Origin: Oscillospiraceae bacterium
GTDB lineage: Bacteria > Bacillota > Clostridia > Oscillospirales > Oscillospiraceae
Length of the DNA: 64,000 bases
Reading direction: 5' to 3'
Assembly: GCA_017479425.1 (NCBI GenBank)
Contig: JAFVCD010000036.1
Coordinates: 12,130-76,129, forward strand
Shown piece after piece: positions 8,170 through 20,434 of the stretch. The notes beneath the pieces are model-generated. The model saw only the letters and a list, made by a program, of their open reading frames with translations. It did not search any database and had not been told where the DNA came from. The stretch's first letter is position 1. Every line of letters begins with the position of its first letter. The position numbers and the translations under genes are program-made.

Positions 8170-8335
8170 GAACCAAGAGAGAGATAAGAGGCTTTGGAAG
8201 TGACCATCACACTTACCGGGTCGTTTTGCACGGTGTCCTTTGTCTGATTGGCGAAGCGTCTAACCCGCTTAGCCGCTCCCATTGTACTATATCTTTGTGC
8301 CTGCTCCTTTTTCAGTCACCGCGCCTTGCTCAGAA

Positions 8336-8373
8336 GGCAAAAACATGCGGCTGTGAGAAAACCTCACAGCCGT
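8336..8373 (-). terminator. Rho-independent terminator at the end of the recJ...kinase operon
   Basis: On the minus strand: cggctgtgag-gtttt-ctcacagccg followed by catgttttt. Confidence 0.7.
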
Positions 8374-8378
8374 TTCCC

Positions 8379-9311
8379 TTAATATTCGTAAATACCGCCG
8401 CCGATAAATTCCCGCAGGAGCGAGCCTATCGGGCAGCAGTCGCTTTCCATCGGCGCGATTGCGCGCAGAACGGGAAGCATATTCTCTATCTCGTCGTACC
8501 CCGCGATGTCGGGGCTGAGCTCATCAAACAGCGGAAGCGCGTGATCGCGCATAACGGCGAGCTCATAGCCGATAGACGAGTCGAGCCTCAGCTTCGCCTT
8601 GCCGATATATGGATCAATAAAGCTCTTTTCGCCGCGCATTACGTTTTTCCACATCGAGAGCGTCATCTCCGCGTCCGCTCCGCGAAAATTGTTGTCGCGC
8701 ACGACTCTTCTCACAAGCCTCGTGAGGCTCGGCGCTATCTCACCCTCTCCGAGAGTGTAGTGCGTTTCCGGCGAAATATATAGCCCGAATGCGTCCGGAT
8801 TCTTGTCGGTAAATACGTCGTTGAGCGCATGGATTCCCTCAAAAATAGCGACCTCGTTATCATTGAGGCGCATCGGCTTCCACTTGCTCGCGCTGCGCTT
8901 CTGGCGCGAGAACATAAAATACGGGATCTTTATCTCCTTGTGATTTGCGAGCATATCGAAATGCTCGTTCAGAAGCTCTATGTCGATGAGCTCCGGGCTC
9001 TCAAAGTCTATATCGCCCTCCGGCGTTCTCGGCGCGGTCTTCTGATTCATCGTCTTGTAATAGTTATCCATCGAAACTGTGTGCGTTTCGATGCCGAGGC
9101 GGTCGAGATAAAATTCGATTTTCATCGCCGTCGTAGTCTTGCCGGCACCGGAGGGGCCGGAGAGCAGGACTATCGGACTGCGGTGCATATTCTCGATTAT
9201 CGCCCCCGCCGCGCGCTTTATGCGCTCATCGTAATCCGCCTCGCACTCCTCGGCGAATGCCATCGGGTCGCGGCGCACTTTTTCGTTTAGCTCAAGAACG
9301 TCAACATTCAT
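8379..9311 (-). CDS. P-loop nucleoside (uridine)-kinase family protein
   Basis: Walker A GPSGAGKTT. Uridine-kinase-like length and layout. ATGA overlap with hemZ. Confidence 0.7.
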   Translation of the reverse strand: MNVDVLELNEKVRRDPMAFAEECEADYDERIKRAAGAIIENMHRSPIVLLSGPSGAGKTTTAMKIEFYLDRLGIETHTVSMDNYYKTMNQKTAPRTPEGDIDFESPELIDIELLNEHFDMLANHKEIKIPYFMFSRQKRSASKWKPMRLNDNEVAIFEGIHALNDVFTDKNPDAFGLYISPETHYTLGEGEIAPSLTRLVRRVVRDNNFRGADAEMTLSMWKNVMRGEKSFIDPYIGKAKLRLDSSIGYELAVMRDHALPLFDELSPDIAGYDEIENMLPVLRAIAPMESDCCPIGSLLREFIGGGIYEY

Positions 9312-10771
9312 CTTATCACATCCTGATAAAATTCGGCAATTTTCTCCTTGTCCGCGAGGGTCTTTTCTATACCCTCGACGTACTCCTTCGGGTACTTATA
9401 ATCGAAAATACGCTCGATTCTCCCCTTTTTCGGGTCGACAAGCTTAGTGCTCGCACCGCCGCCGGCGGCGAGAATAGTGCAGAGCTCCTCCATTATAAGC
9501 ACGTTGTACGGACTTATTTTATTATCCCTTGCCCAGCCGATATTCTCAAACCCGCCGGACATAAATTTCTGCCTGTAAAGATAGTAGGGCCTGTACCCCG
9601 CCGACGAGAGCGCCTTCGCCGCGTAGTCGAGCATCCTTCCGACCTCGGCTTTGTCGGGTATCGGAGAGCCCTCGAGCGTTATGCGCGAGCCCTTTTTAAG
9701 TGCGAGGGTGTGGACTGTGATATTCTCCGGCGCCATCGCAATAAGCTCGTCGAGCGTCGCCCTGAAGGACTCGGCGCTGTCCGCGGGAAGTCCCGCGATG
9801 GTGTCCATATTTATCTCGCCCGAGAAGCGCTCGCGCGCCGCTCTGTATGCCTCGCGCACCATATCGGCACTGTGACTTCTGCCTATCGCGCGCAGTACAT
9901 CGTCTGAGAGCGACTGCGGGTTTACGCTTATGCGGGTCACTCCGGCTCTCTCCATCGCGTCGAGCTTTTCCGCCGTTATCGTGTCCGGTCTGCCGGCCTC
10001 GACTGAAAATTCTCTGAGATTACTTAAGTCGAAGCTCTCTCTGAGCCAACCGAACAGCTCTGTAAGCTCCTCAGCTGAGAGCGTTGTCGGCGTGCCGCCG
10101 CCGATATAGATGGCTATCGGATTCAGCCCAAGCTCGCGGACTATCTCACCTATCCGCTCTATTTCGCGGCGAAGAGCCTCAAGAAACGGCGGAATGAGCG
10201 CCATGCTCTTGCCAACCGAGGCGCTCACGAAGCTGCAATAGGCGCACCTTGTCGGGCAGAACGGTATGCCGACGTAGAGTGCGATGTCGTTCGGCTTCAG
10301 CGAAGCCTTAAGCTCCAGAGATGTGCGCGACGTGTCGGCGAGAAAGCCCGCTCGCTCGGGTGAGAGATCATAAAATCGCACCATCTCGCGCTTTGCGCAC
10401 TCCTCGCTCATGCCGCTCTCGAGATATTTTGTGAATATTGTACCCGGTCTTATGCCGGTTATCGAGCCCCAAACGGGCTTCGGTACGATTTTTACCGCCG
10501 CGCGGTAGAACGCGAGCTTTACGCAGGTCTGGAGAAGCGAATCGCGCTTGAGCTTACTCGTCAGCTCCTCAGTCGCCACCCTCGCCCTGCCGGTCGCCGT
10601 TTTGCCCGCATATCGTATCGTGCAGTACGCGGTTGCAAACCTTTTGCCCTCGTTAAGGCTGATTTTTGCCTCGTTTTCCGAGTTTTCCTCCGGTTTTTCA
10701 GCCGGAAAAACGCTCATCATAATCTGCTCGGCAGCGTAGCGGTAATCGTGATTTACTAAAGTCAGCTTCAT
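9308..10771 (-). CDS. hemZ: radical-SAM coproporphyrinogen dehydrogenase-like protein HemZ
   Basis: CxxxCxxC motif (PFCPTRCAYCSF). HemN-family layout of about 490 aa, in the conserved Clostridial position after dtd and the MBL gene. Confidence 0.8.
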   Translation of the reverse strand: MKLTLVNHDYRYAAEQIMMSVFPAEKPEENSENEAKISLNEGKRFATAYCTIRYAGKTATGRARVATEELTSKLKRDSLLQTCVKLAFYRAAVKIVPKPVWGSITGIRPGTIFTKYLESGMSEECAKREMVRFYDLSPERAGFLADTSRTSLELKASLKPNDIALYVGIPFCPTRCAYCSFVSASVGKSMALIPPFLEALRREIERIGEIVRELGLNPIAIYIGGGTPTTLSAEELTELFGWLRESFDLSNLREFSVEAGRPDTITAEKLDAMERAGVTRISVNPQSLSDDVLRAIGRSHSADMVREAYRAARERFSGEINMDTIAGLPADSAESFRATLDELIAMAPENITVHTLALKKGSRITLEGSPIPDKAEVGRMLDYAAKALSSAGYRPYYLYRQKFMSGGFENIGWARDNKISPYNVLIMEELCTILAAGGGASTKLVDPKKGRIERIFDYKYPKEYVEGIEKTLADKEKIAEFYQDVIR

Positions 10772-11379
10772 TCTTTGCTCAATCTCATGTAATAATTCGT
10801 CGCGCGCTCGACATTGAGGGTCGAGGGCGCCTCGTGCCCGGGGTAGATCTCAAGGTCGCCCGGAATATCGGCAAGACGACGCAAGGACGCCATAAGGCGG
10901 TCATAGTCGCCGCCGGGAAGGTCGGTCCTGCCAGCGCTGCCCCGGAAAAGCGTATCGCCGGTAAAGAGCGCGTCCTCACAGCGGAAGGTCACGCTGCCCT
11001 TGGAGTGTCCGGGAGTTTCAAGCACGCGGAATCTGAGCTTTCCGACCTCGATTATCTGCCCATCCGCAATATACCTCGTGCCTTCTATGGGCTTCCAGCG
11101 GAAATCCTCATACTGCTCGGAGGTATCGTCCTTACTTATGTAAACCGGCGCGCCGGTCTCCTCGTGTATAGCTTCCACCGCACCTGTGTGGTCGAAATGA
11201 CCGTGAGTCAGGAGAATTGCCACCGGAGTGAGGTGGTTTTCTTCGATATAATCAAGTATGGTGTTCGACTCGTCGCCCGGGTCGATAACGGCGCAGAGAA
11301 GGCTGTCCTCGTCCGTAACGACGTATGAGTTTTCCTCCATCTGCCCGACTGTCAGCGTTTTAATGAGCATAATGTTCAC
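10768..11379 (-). CDS. MBL-fold metallo-hydrolase (glyoxalase II-like)
   Basis: THGHFDH metal-binding motif, about 200 aa. Confidence 0.85.
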   Translation of the reverse strand: MNIMLIKTLTVGQMEENSYVVTDEDSLLCAVIDPGDESNTILDYIEENHLTPVAILLTHGHFDHTGAVEAIHEETGAPVYISKDDTSEQYEDFRWKPIEGTRYIADGQIIEVGKLRFRVLETPGHSKGSVTFRCEDALFTGDTLFRGSAGRTDLPGGDYDRLMASLRRLADIPGDLEIYPGHEAPSTLNVERATNYYMRLSKE

Positions 11380-11813
11380 TCCATATCGAAAAGTATGGTC
11401 ACGGGGCCGTCGTTTACGCTCTCTACCTGCATATCCGCTCCGAACTCACCGTGCTGAACCTCAAAGCCGAGGCTCATAAGCTCAGACATAAAGAGCTCAT
11501 AGAGCGGCACAGCCTTGTCTGGGCGCGCGGCATTTGTAAAGCCCGGTCTGCGGCTCGAGGTATCGGCGTAGAGCGTAAACTGGCTCACGCACAGCACGCT
11601 TCCGCCCACCTGCGCGAGCGAGAGGTTCATTTTGCCGTTCTCATCCTCAAAAACTCTGAGGTTCGCTATCTTCTGTGCCATTCTTTTTGCGGTTTCTTCA
11701 GTATCGTTCAGCCCGACTCCGAGGAGAACGAGATAGCCCTTTTCAATTTTGCCGTTTACCCTGCCCTCTATCGTAACAGACGCGGAGGAAACTCTCGTTA
11801 CTACTGCTCTCAT
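11376..11813 (-). CDS. dtd: D-aminoacyl-tRNA deacylase
   Basis: MRAVVTRV...LVLLGVG...SQFTLYAD...RPGF motifs, 145 aa. Confidence 0.9.
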   Translation of the reverse strand: MRAVVTRVSSASVTIEGRVNGKIEKGYLVLLGVGLNDTEETAKRMAQKIANLRVFEDENGKMNLSLAQVGGSVLCVSQFTLYADTSSRRPGFTNAARPDKAVPLYELFMSELMSLGFEVQHGEFGADMQVESVNDGPVTILFDME

Positions 11814-11815
11814 GG

Positions 11816-14042
<2,227 letters not shown>

Positions 14043-14050
<8 letters not shown>

Positions 14051-15746
14051 TTTCTTCACCCCGGTTTATTACTGCGTCGATAAGGTTGAGCTGCACCGTT
14101 CTCTTTCCGCGGAACTCATTGACCTGCGGATTGAACGCCGCGTCGACCCTGTCGCCGGACTTGAATTCCAGCTTATCCGGCTCCTTGCCGAAAAAGAGCC
14201 CGTCAAATACCATGCCTGACTTTTCAAGCCTCAGCTTTGTGTGCTTCCCGCCGGAGAGCGGCACCACCGCCTCGACGGTCATATTCTTCATACAGAGCAC
14301 CGGCGCGGGATTGCCGGTGCCGAAGGGCTCGAGCTCATCGAGCGCCATAACGTTTGCAACGCTGAGAAGCTCCGGCTTTATTACCTCAAAGTCTATCGCA
14401 AGCGTCGGCTCCGGAATATCGTCCGATGCGGCGACGTAGGCTTCGCCGAGGCGAGTGCGAAGCTCGCTCACGTTCTCAGCGCTTATCGTGATGCCCGCGG
14501 CAAGCTCATGGCCGCCGAAGGAAAGCAGTATATCTCTGTTTGCGCTGAGCGCCTCAAAGATGTTGTACCCTCCGCTGCTGCGACAGCTTCCGCGCCCGAT
14601 CCCGTCCTTGACGCAGACCATTATCGCGGGCAGATTGTATTTTTCCGAAATGCGGCTTGCGACGATTCCGGCGACGCCCTGATGCCAGCCCTCGCTCATA
14701 AGAACGATCGGCCTGCCCATCGGCGGCTCCTTTTCGAGCATCTCCGTCGCCTCGTCGACCATCTCAGCCTCTATTCTGCGGCGCTCCGTATTGAGGAAGC
14801 AGAGCTGCTTTGCAAGCTCCTCCGCTTCGCCGGAATTCTCGGAAAGCAGAAGATTTACCGCAACGTCCGTTCCGCCGAGCCTGCCCGCAGCGTTTATCCT
14901 CGGCGCGAGGGTGTAGCCGATGCCGGTGACGGTCATCTTCCTGCGGTTGGCGCCGGCGGCGTCGATAAGCTTGCTGAGACCTGGTCTCGCGCCGTCGCGT
15001 ACGAGCTGAAGCCCGCGCTTTACAAAAACTCTGTTCTCACCGATCATCGGCATAACGTCGGCGATAGTTCCGACGGCGACGAGGTCGGCGTAGCGATTGA
15101 GAAGGCTCTCGGTGTTCTGAACTCCGTCCACCGCGCAGATGAGCTTGAACGCAACTCCGACTCCCGCCAGCATCTTAGCCGGCGAGGGGCAGTCCGGTCT
15201 TTTCGGATCTACCACCGGGCTTGTCGGGCGCTCGCCCGAGACCTCGTGGTGGTCGGTGATGACCATATCCATGCCCAGAGAGGCGGCAAAGCGCTTGTTC
15301 TCTGCGGCGGTTATGCCGCAGTCGACCGTGATAACGAGGCTGACGCCCTTCTCGGCAATCGTCTCCAGCGCCGAATCCTTTACTCCGTAGCCCTCCTCAA
15401 GGCGCTCCGGTATGTAAATGTCGCACTCGATCCCTCTGGAGCGGAGATAATCCGCAACCACGCAGGAGGATGTTATACCGTCGACATCGTAATCGCCGTA
15501 GACGGCGACGTGCTCGCGGTTTTCTATGGCGCGGCGTACTCTCTCAGCCGCCTTGTCCATATCCGCCATCAGAAACGGATCGGAGATTGCCGAGAGTTCA
15601 GAGCTTGTGAGAGCCTCGATTTTGCTCTCGCTCGTAGCGCCTCGAGAGGAGAGGAGCACGCTGACGAGCGGATTTATGCCGCTTCGCGTAAGGCGCACCG
15701 CCTCCGCGCGGTCATACCCCGCAACAGACCATTTCGGTTTTGTCAT
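14043..15746 (-). CDS. recJ: single-stranded-DNA-specific exonuclease RecJ
   Basis: DHH motifs (GDYDVDG, DHH in VITDHHEV) and a DHHA1 region (GGHELAAG). Confidence 0.92.
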
Positions 15747-15779
15747 GCTCTCACCTCACTTTCAAATGATTAACAATTC

Positions 15780-15808
15780 ATTATAGCACAAAGAATACTA
15801 TATTGCAA
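15780..15808 (-). promoter_or_regulatory. sigma-70-type promoter of the recJ-relA-dtd-hemZ operon
   Basis: On the minus strand: TTGCAA, 17-nt spacer, TGcTATAAT (extended -10), about 30 nt upstream of the recJ start. Confidence 0.55.
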
Positions 15809-15813
15809 ATTAT

Positions 15814-16833
15814 TTATATAAGAGTATGCCGCAGCGTAAATGCGCCGCCGGAAAGCTCCGCCTCGCCTACCGCGCCGGTGATTATCGGCATCGCAGGCGG
15901 CAGGTGGCCGAGGTCAGCGTCGAGAATTATCGGCACGCCGAGCCTGCCTATCGCACCCTCTACAGCCGTGTGCATATCGAGCCCTTGCTGGTTTTCGTCG
16001 ATGTGTACCGGTCGCCCGATTATAAAGCCCTTCGCCGTGTCGAACCACCCCGCCTCGCGCATCGCCCAAAGAGCACGGCGCACGTCCATCGGGTGGTGAT
16101 CGCAGAACTCGATAAACCATAGCGTTCCGTCGTCCTTATAGCGCTCGTTGAACTCGCGCACCCGGTCAAAGCGCGTGCCGAGCAGGGTAAAGAGTATGTC
16201 GCCGCAGCCGCCTAAAAGTCTGCCGCGAATTTTGCCTCCGGTGTAGTTAAGCGAAGAGTACACGGTTCTCTCCGTGAGATTGAGGGGCGCGAGCGGATCT
16301 TCCGTTTCAAGGCCGCACCTTTCCCACATCGGGTAGCCCGAAAAAGCGAGCTTTCTGCCGTGAATAAGCTCCAGCGCGTCGGCTGTTCCCTCGTCCGGCG
16401 GCGTAAAGCCGAAGGAGCCGAAGCAGGGACCGTAGATCGCCGCGGTGTCCGCGAGAGTTGCCGAAAGAAAAGTGTAGTTCGTGTTGTCCGAAAAGCCCAT
16501 GTACCACTTGGGCGCGGCATTTCCGATCGCCTTGAAGTCGATGTGAGGCACGATCTCGCACATCGTCTCGCCGCCGCCGACGCTCATTACTGCGGCGGCG
16601 CTCTCGTCCAGAAGCGCCTCCGTAAGCTCTCTGCCGAGGGTGTCCTCAGCTCCGGAGCGGCCGAAATCCTCGCAGAGGCGGACGTGCGGCGCCTCAACTA
16701 TCTCGTAGCCCATCCCGCGAAATTTCTTCTCAGCGCTCTCAAGTCGCGTTACATACGGCTCGAAGGTGCAGCCATAGGACGGCGCGACGAGTCTTATTTT
16801 ACCACTTCCTGTCAAAAATTCGGGATATCTCAT
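15814..16833 (-). CDS. LD-carboxypeptidase (peptidase S66, LdcA/MccF-like)
   Basis: S66-type layout: IRLVAPSYG, GFSDNT (nucleophile Ser) and a C-terminal DLGH-type His region. Confidence 0.8.
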   Translation of the reverse strand: MRYPEFLTGSGKIRLVAPSYGCTFEPYVTRLESAEKKFRGMGYEIVEAPHVRLCEDFGRSGAEDTLGRELTEALLDESAAAVMSVGGGETMCEIVPHIDFKAIGNAAPKWYMGFSDNTNYTFLSATLADTAAIYGPCFGSFGFTPPDEGTADALELIHGRKLAFSGYPMWERCGLETEDPLAPLNLTERTVYSSLNYTGGKIRGRLLGGCGDILFTLLGTRFDRVREFNERYKDDGTLWFIEFCDHHPMDVRRALWAMREAGWFDTAKGFIIGRPVHIDENQQGLDMHTAVEGAIGRLGVPIILDADLGHLPPAMPIITGAVGEAELSGGAFTLRHTLI

Positions 16834-17582
16834 TTGTAATCCTCCATTCTTATGGATATTTCTCCGGTTCTGAGCGTTTCTTCCCCACCATCGTTGAGTT
16901 CAACTATGAGACCGCCGCGGGAGTCAATATCCCTAGCGCGCGCCCTTTTCGGCGGCTCTGAGGCGGAGAAATACGTTATTTCTTTTCCTAAAACGATGCT
17001 ATGCGCCCTGTATTTTTCGATCATATCCGGCATTTTTCCCGCAAGAAAACGCAGTATGCCGGCGCAGGAGAGCGCCGCGAGCGCTTCATGGCTGCACTCT
17101 TTTCCGAGCGAAGCCGCCTTTTCCGACAGTTCTCCCGAAAATTCCGTGGTAATATTTATTCCGATACCGACGATGACGCAGCCGCCGACAGCCTCGGCGA
17201 GGATGCCACAGACCTTTTTACCGCCGAGATATAGATCGTTTACCCATTTTATGCCGCAGCTGAGCCCCGTTTCGCGCTCTATCGCCTCGCGCACAGCGAC
17301 TGCGGCGGCTGTGGTGACGAGCGTTGTGTTCTCGAGGCTGCCGTCAGCGCGAAAGGCAAGTGAAAAGTAAACCCCGCTCCCGTCCGGCGACTCAAAGCAG
17401 CGCCCGAGCCTGCCTCTTCCCGCGGTCTGCCCGTCGGCGATCACGAGCTGCGGAAGAGCGCAGCCGGCGGCTATGCGCCGCTTCAGCTCAAGGTTTGTGG
17501 AATCTATCGTATCATAAGCCGCGACGGGGCAGGGACAGCCCTCGCGCTCCATTATCTTCGCGGCGAGAATTGCGTCAAGCAT
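16830..17582 (-). CDS. birA: biotin--[acetyl-CoA-carboxylase] ligase (no HTH domain)
   Basis: GQTAGRGRLGRCFESP biotin-binding motif and KWVNDL. 250 aa, i.e. class I BPL. Confidence 0.88.
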   Translation of the reverse strand: MLDAILAAKIMEREGCPCPVAAYDTIDSTNLELKRRIAAGCALPQLVIADGQTAGRGRLGRCFESPDGSGVYFSLAFRADGSLENTTLVTTAAAVAVREAIERETGLSCGIKWVNDLYLGGKKVCGILAEAVGGCVIVGIGINITTEFSGELSEKAASLGKECSHEALAALSCAGILRFLAGKMPDMIEKYRAHSIVLGKEITYFSASEPPKRARARDIDSRGGLIVELNDGGEETLRTGEISIRMEDYK

Positions 17583-17605
17583 AAAATCAACTCCTTTACT
17601 CCGGC

Positions 17606-17634
17606 ATTATACCAAAAATCCCGTCCTTTAGCAA
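17606..17634 (-). promoter_or_regulatory. sigma-70-type promoter for birA-ldcA
   Basis: On the minus strand: TTGCTA, 17-nt spacer, TGgTATAAT. Confidence 0.5.
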
Positions 17635-17641
17635 ATTATAC

Positions 17642-17670
17642 TTTAAAAATAATCTCAAAGATGGTATAAT
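17642..17670 (+). promoter_or_regulatory. candidate extended -10 promoter for the U32 gene
   Basis: TGgTATAAT at 17662-17670, with a weak -35 element (tttaaa). Confidence 0.4.
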
Positions 17671-17691
17671 AGTTTAATATACTGGAATTAT

Positions 17692-17750
17692 CAGACTGTA
17701 AACAAAAAGCGTCGGACAAAGTTGGCGGAGACTTTGTCTGCGCATCGAAT
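17692..17750. repeat. miniature relic related to both termini of the 162-bp repeat family
   Basis: cagactgtaaacaaaaag matches the reverse complement of the family 3' end. gcgtcggacaaagt and gcggagactttgtctgcgcat match the family 5' end in both orientations and together form a hairpin. Confidence 0.6.
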
Positions 17751-17775
17751 TATTATGCAAGGAGATCTTTTGCCG

Positions 17776-19830
17776 ATGGCAAAGCTCATTTCTTACGTCG
17801 ATACTCCGGAGGCGGTTTCAGCCGCAGTTCAGTCCGGAGCTGACGAGATTTACGTTACCATCGCCGTGCCGCCGGTTGCCGGCGTGAGTCTCGGCGATTT
17901 TGCGGGCGCCGCCCGCTTCTGCCGCGTGAGAGGCGTGAAGATTTACGCTATGCTGGACTTTTTCCCGAAGAGCGACGCTCTCGGTGAAGCGCTGAACGCT
18001 GCTGTCGAGGCGTGGAAAGCCGGTGCAGACGGCGTCGTTGCCTCCGATCCGGGGCTGATCCTCGCGCTTCGCCGCTCCCTGCCTGACGCGAGCATCTTCG
18101 GCGGCAGGCTTCTTAACGTCCACTCCTCGGGCTGTATGCTTGTAGCCTCCGCGATGGGTCTGCACCGCATTTCGATCGCCTCTGAGGTCGGGCGCGAGGA
18201 CATAAAATCCATGCTCTCCGCCGCGATGGTGGAGACTGAGGTCATTGTACACGGTCCCATGAAGCCCGGATTTGAGGGACTAAATCTCCTCGCCGCGGTT
18301 TCCGGCCTCGGAAGTGAGAGGCGCGGAACGTCAAGCCGCGCTCTCTACGGCGATTTTACCGCCGGAGCGAGGGCTGCAAAGCCCTTCGTGATGCCGGATA
18401 TCTGTCTTTTCAGCCACATTTCAGAGCTCATAAGCCTCGGCGTCGGCTGCATAAGCGTCGATTGCCGCGGAAGAAGGCCTGAATACGCCGCGATGCTCAC
18501 CGGAATTTACCGCAGAGCGGTGAGCGGAGTTGCTCCCGCTGAGGGCGAATTTGAGCTGCTCGGCAAAATCGAGCCCGCCGTGGGGCTCTTCGACGGCTAC
18601 TACACCGGAAGGTTCAATATCTCCGCTCCGACCGATATTCCCGCAAAAAGCGAGGATCCTCAGCTTCTCAATGAGGTGCGGAAGAGCTATCTGAGGCGCG
18701 AATTTCAGCGCGTTCCTGTCTATTTTACCGCCTCCGTCGAGCTCGGCGGCCCGCTCAAGCTGACCGCTGAGGACGATCTCGGAAACAGCGCTTATATCGA
18801 AACCGGCTCCGCAGTTCCGGCGTTCAGTGAGGACTTCACGCAGGTCGCGCTTCAGACCGAGCTTTACAAGACCGGCGGAACGCCGTTTCTCTGCTCCGGC
18901 GTGAAGTGTGCCATACAGCGCGGCACATATCTGCACCAGAGCATTATCGCCGAGGCGCGCGACAAGCTTCTCGAGGAGCTCATGGTCAAGCGAGAGGAGG
19001 CGCCTGCAAGACACGGCGCCGCAGTTTTGCCTAAGGAGCGCGGTGATAAGCTCACCGAGCCGCCGTTGCTGACGGTTTCCGTTCAGTCAAGGGCTCAGCT
19101 TACCGCAAGGCTTTTGGAGCTTGCGCCGCCCGTTATCTATTTTCCGCTCGAAAAGCTCAAGGGTTCAGCCTCCGCGCTTGCGCCCTTTGTTGAAAAAGAG
19201 GGTATCTCCGTCTGCGTCAGCCTGCCTGCCGTGATTTTCGACTCGGAGCGCGCAGAGATTGCGGAGATGCTCAAATACGCGCGCTCTCTCGGTATAAATG
19301 AGGCGCTTGCCGCATCCTTCGGTCAGGCGCTCGGGCTGAAAAAGCTCGGCTTCACCGTTCGCGGCGACTTTACCATCGGTGCCGACAGCGAGGCGAGCCT
19401 CACGGCTCTTTCAAGTCTGCACTTCGCTTCCGTAGCGCTCTCCCCTGAGCTTACGAGCGAGGAGATCAGCGCCATGCAGAAGCTCTCGCCCGCGGAGCTT
19501 ATCGTCTACGGCAGGCTGCCCGTTGTGCAGTCGGCTGTCCCATTCGCTCGCTACGTCACGGGAGTTGAGGGAAATGAGCTCACCATCGGAATTGAGGATG
19601 AAAACGGCTATCCGATGCCGGTCATCCCTGCCTTCGGCGGGCGAAACACCGTATATTCAGGCAAAAAGCTCTATCTCGCCACCCGCGAGCATGAATACAT
19701 AGCCTCCGGTCTCTGGGGCGTGCGTCTCAGCTTTACTACCGAGTCGCCGGACGAGGTCGACGCCGTCTGCGAGCGCTATCTCGACCTCGGCAGAAACGAC
19801 CCGCCGGTATATTGGAGAGGCTTATATTAA
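17776..19830 (+). CDS. U32-family protein (fused two-module form)
   Basis: Two U32-like modules (GADEIYV...VASDPG...IVHGP and a second ...LIVYGRLP). AAGGAG lies 11 nt upstream of ATG 17776. Confidence 0.7.
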   Translation: MAKLISYVDTPEAVSAAVQSGADEIYVTIAVPPVAGVSLGDFAGAARFCRVRGVKIYAMLDFFPKSDALGEALNAAVEAWKAGADGVVASDPGLILALRRSLPDASIFGGRLLNVHSSGCMLVASAMGLHRISIASEVGREDIKSMLSAAMVETEVIVHGPMKPGFEGLNLLAAVSGLGSERRGTSSRALYGDFTAGARAAKPFVMPDICLFSHISELISLGVGCISVDCRGRRPEYAAMLTGIYRRAVSGVAPAEGEFELLGKIEPAVGLFDGYYTGRFNISAPTDIPAKSEDPQLLNEVRKSYLRREFQRVPVYFTASVELGGPLKLTAEDDLGNSAYIETGSAVPAFSEDFTQVALQTELYKTGGTPFLCSGVKCAIQRGTYLHQSIIAEARDKLLEELMVKREEAPARHGAAVLPKERGDKLTEPPLLTVSVQSRAQLTARLLELAPPVIYFPLEKLKGSASALAPFVEKEGISVCVSLPAVIFDSERAEIAEMLKYARSLGINEALAASFGQALGLKKLGFTVRGDFTIGADSEASLTALSSLHFASVALSPELTSEEISAMQKLSPAELIVYGRLPVVQSAVPFARYVTGVEGNELTIGIEDENGYPMPVIPAFGGRNTVYSGKKLYLATREHEYIASGLWGVRLSFTTESPDEVDAVCERYLDLGRNDPPVYWRGLY

Positions 19831-19844
19831 AAGGACATGATAAT

Positions 19845-20429
19845 ATGCAAATCGTTTTAGCGTCAAAATCTCCGCGCAGGATACAGCTTCTCACAGAGCT
19901 CGGCATGGAGTTTACCGTTATCCCCGCAAAGGGCGAGGCAAAGCCCGATCCCGCGCTTGACCCCGGCAGTGCGGTCGAGTTTATCGCCGCGGAGAAGGCT
20001 CTCGACACCGCCGGAAGGTGCGCCCCCGGAGACCTCATAATCGCCGCCGACACCCTCGTTTACATTGACGGCGAGCTTCTCGGCAAGCCGCACACCGAGG
20101 ATGAGGCGAGGAGTATGCTCTCGCGCCTCTCCGGCCGCAGCCACGAGGTCTACACCGGCATAGCTCTCATCTTCGGCGGCAAAAAACACGTTTCTCACGA
20201 GCGCACGAAGGTCACCTTCGCAGCTCTCTCCGAGTCCGACATCGCGTGGTACGTTTCTACTGGCGAGCCGATGGACAAGGCCGGCGCTTACGGTGCTCAG
20301 GGCAAGGGCGCCGCGCTTATCGAGGGCATCGAGGGCGACTTCTTCAACGTAATGGGTCTGCCGGTGCACCGCCTTGTGCGTCTTATCGAGAGCGCCGGCT
20401 TTTCACTTTCCGATATCATCAAGAGGTAA
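19845..20429 (+). CDS. maf: Maf-like nucleotide pyrophosphatase / septum formation protein
   Basis: MQIVLASKSPRR...DKAGAYGAQG motifs. Confidence 0.9.
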   Translation: MQIVLASKSPRRIQLLTELGMEFTVIPAKGEAKPDPALDPGSAVEFIAAEKALDTAGRCAPGDLIIAADTLVYIDGELLGKPHTEDEARSMLSRLSGRSHEVYTGIALIFGGKKHVSHERTKVTFAALSESDIAWYVSTGEPMDKAGAYGAQGKGAALIEGIEGDFFNVMGLPVHRLVRLIESAGFSLSDIIKR

Positions 20430-20434
20430 CTGCT

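Noticed and set aside
8109-8282. 57-aa minus-strand ORF (MGAAKRVRRFANQTKD...) in the long convergent intergenic region.
   Set aside because: - GGAG lies 22 nt from the ATG, which is too far.
- The C-terminal half is encoded by the palindrome and the terminator hairpin of the neighbouring gene.
- There is no recognisable family.
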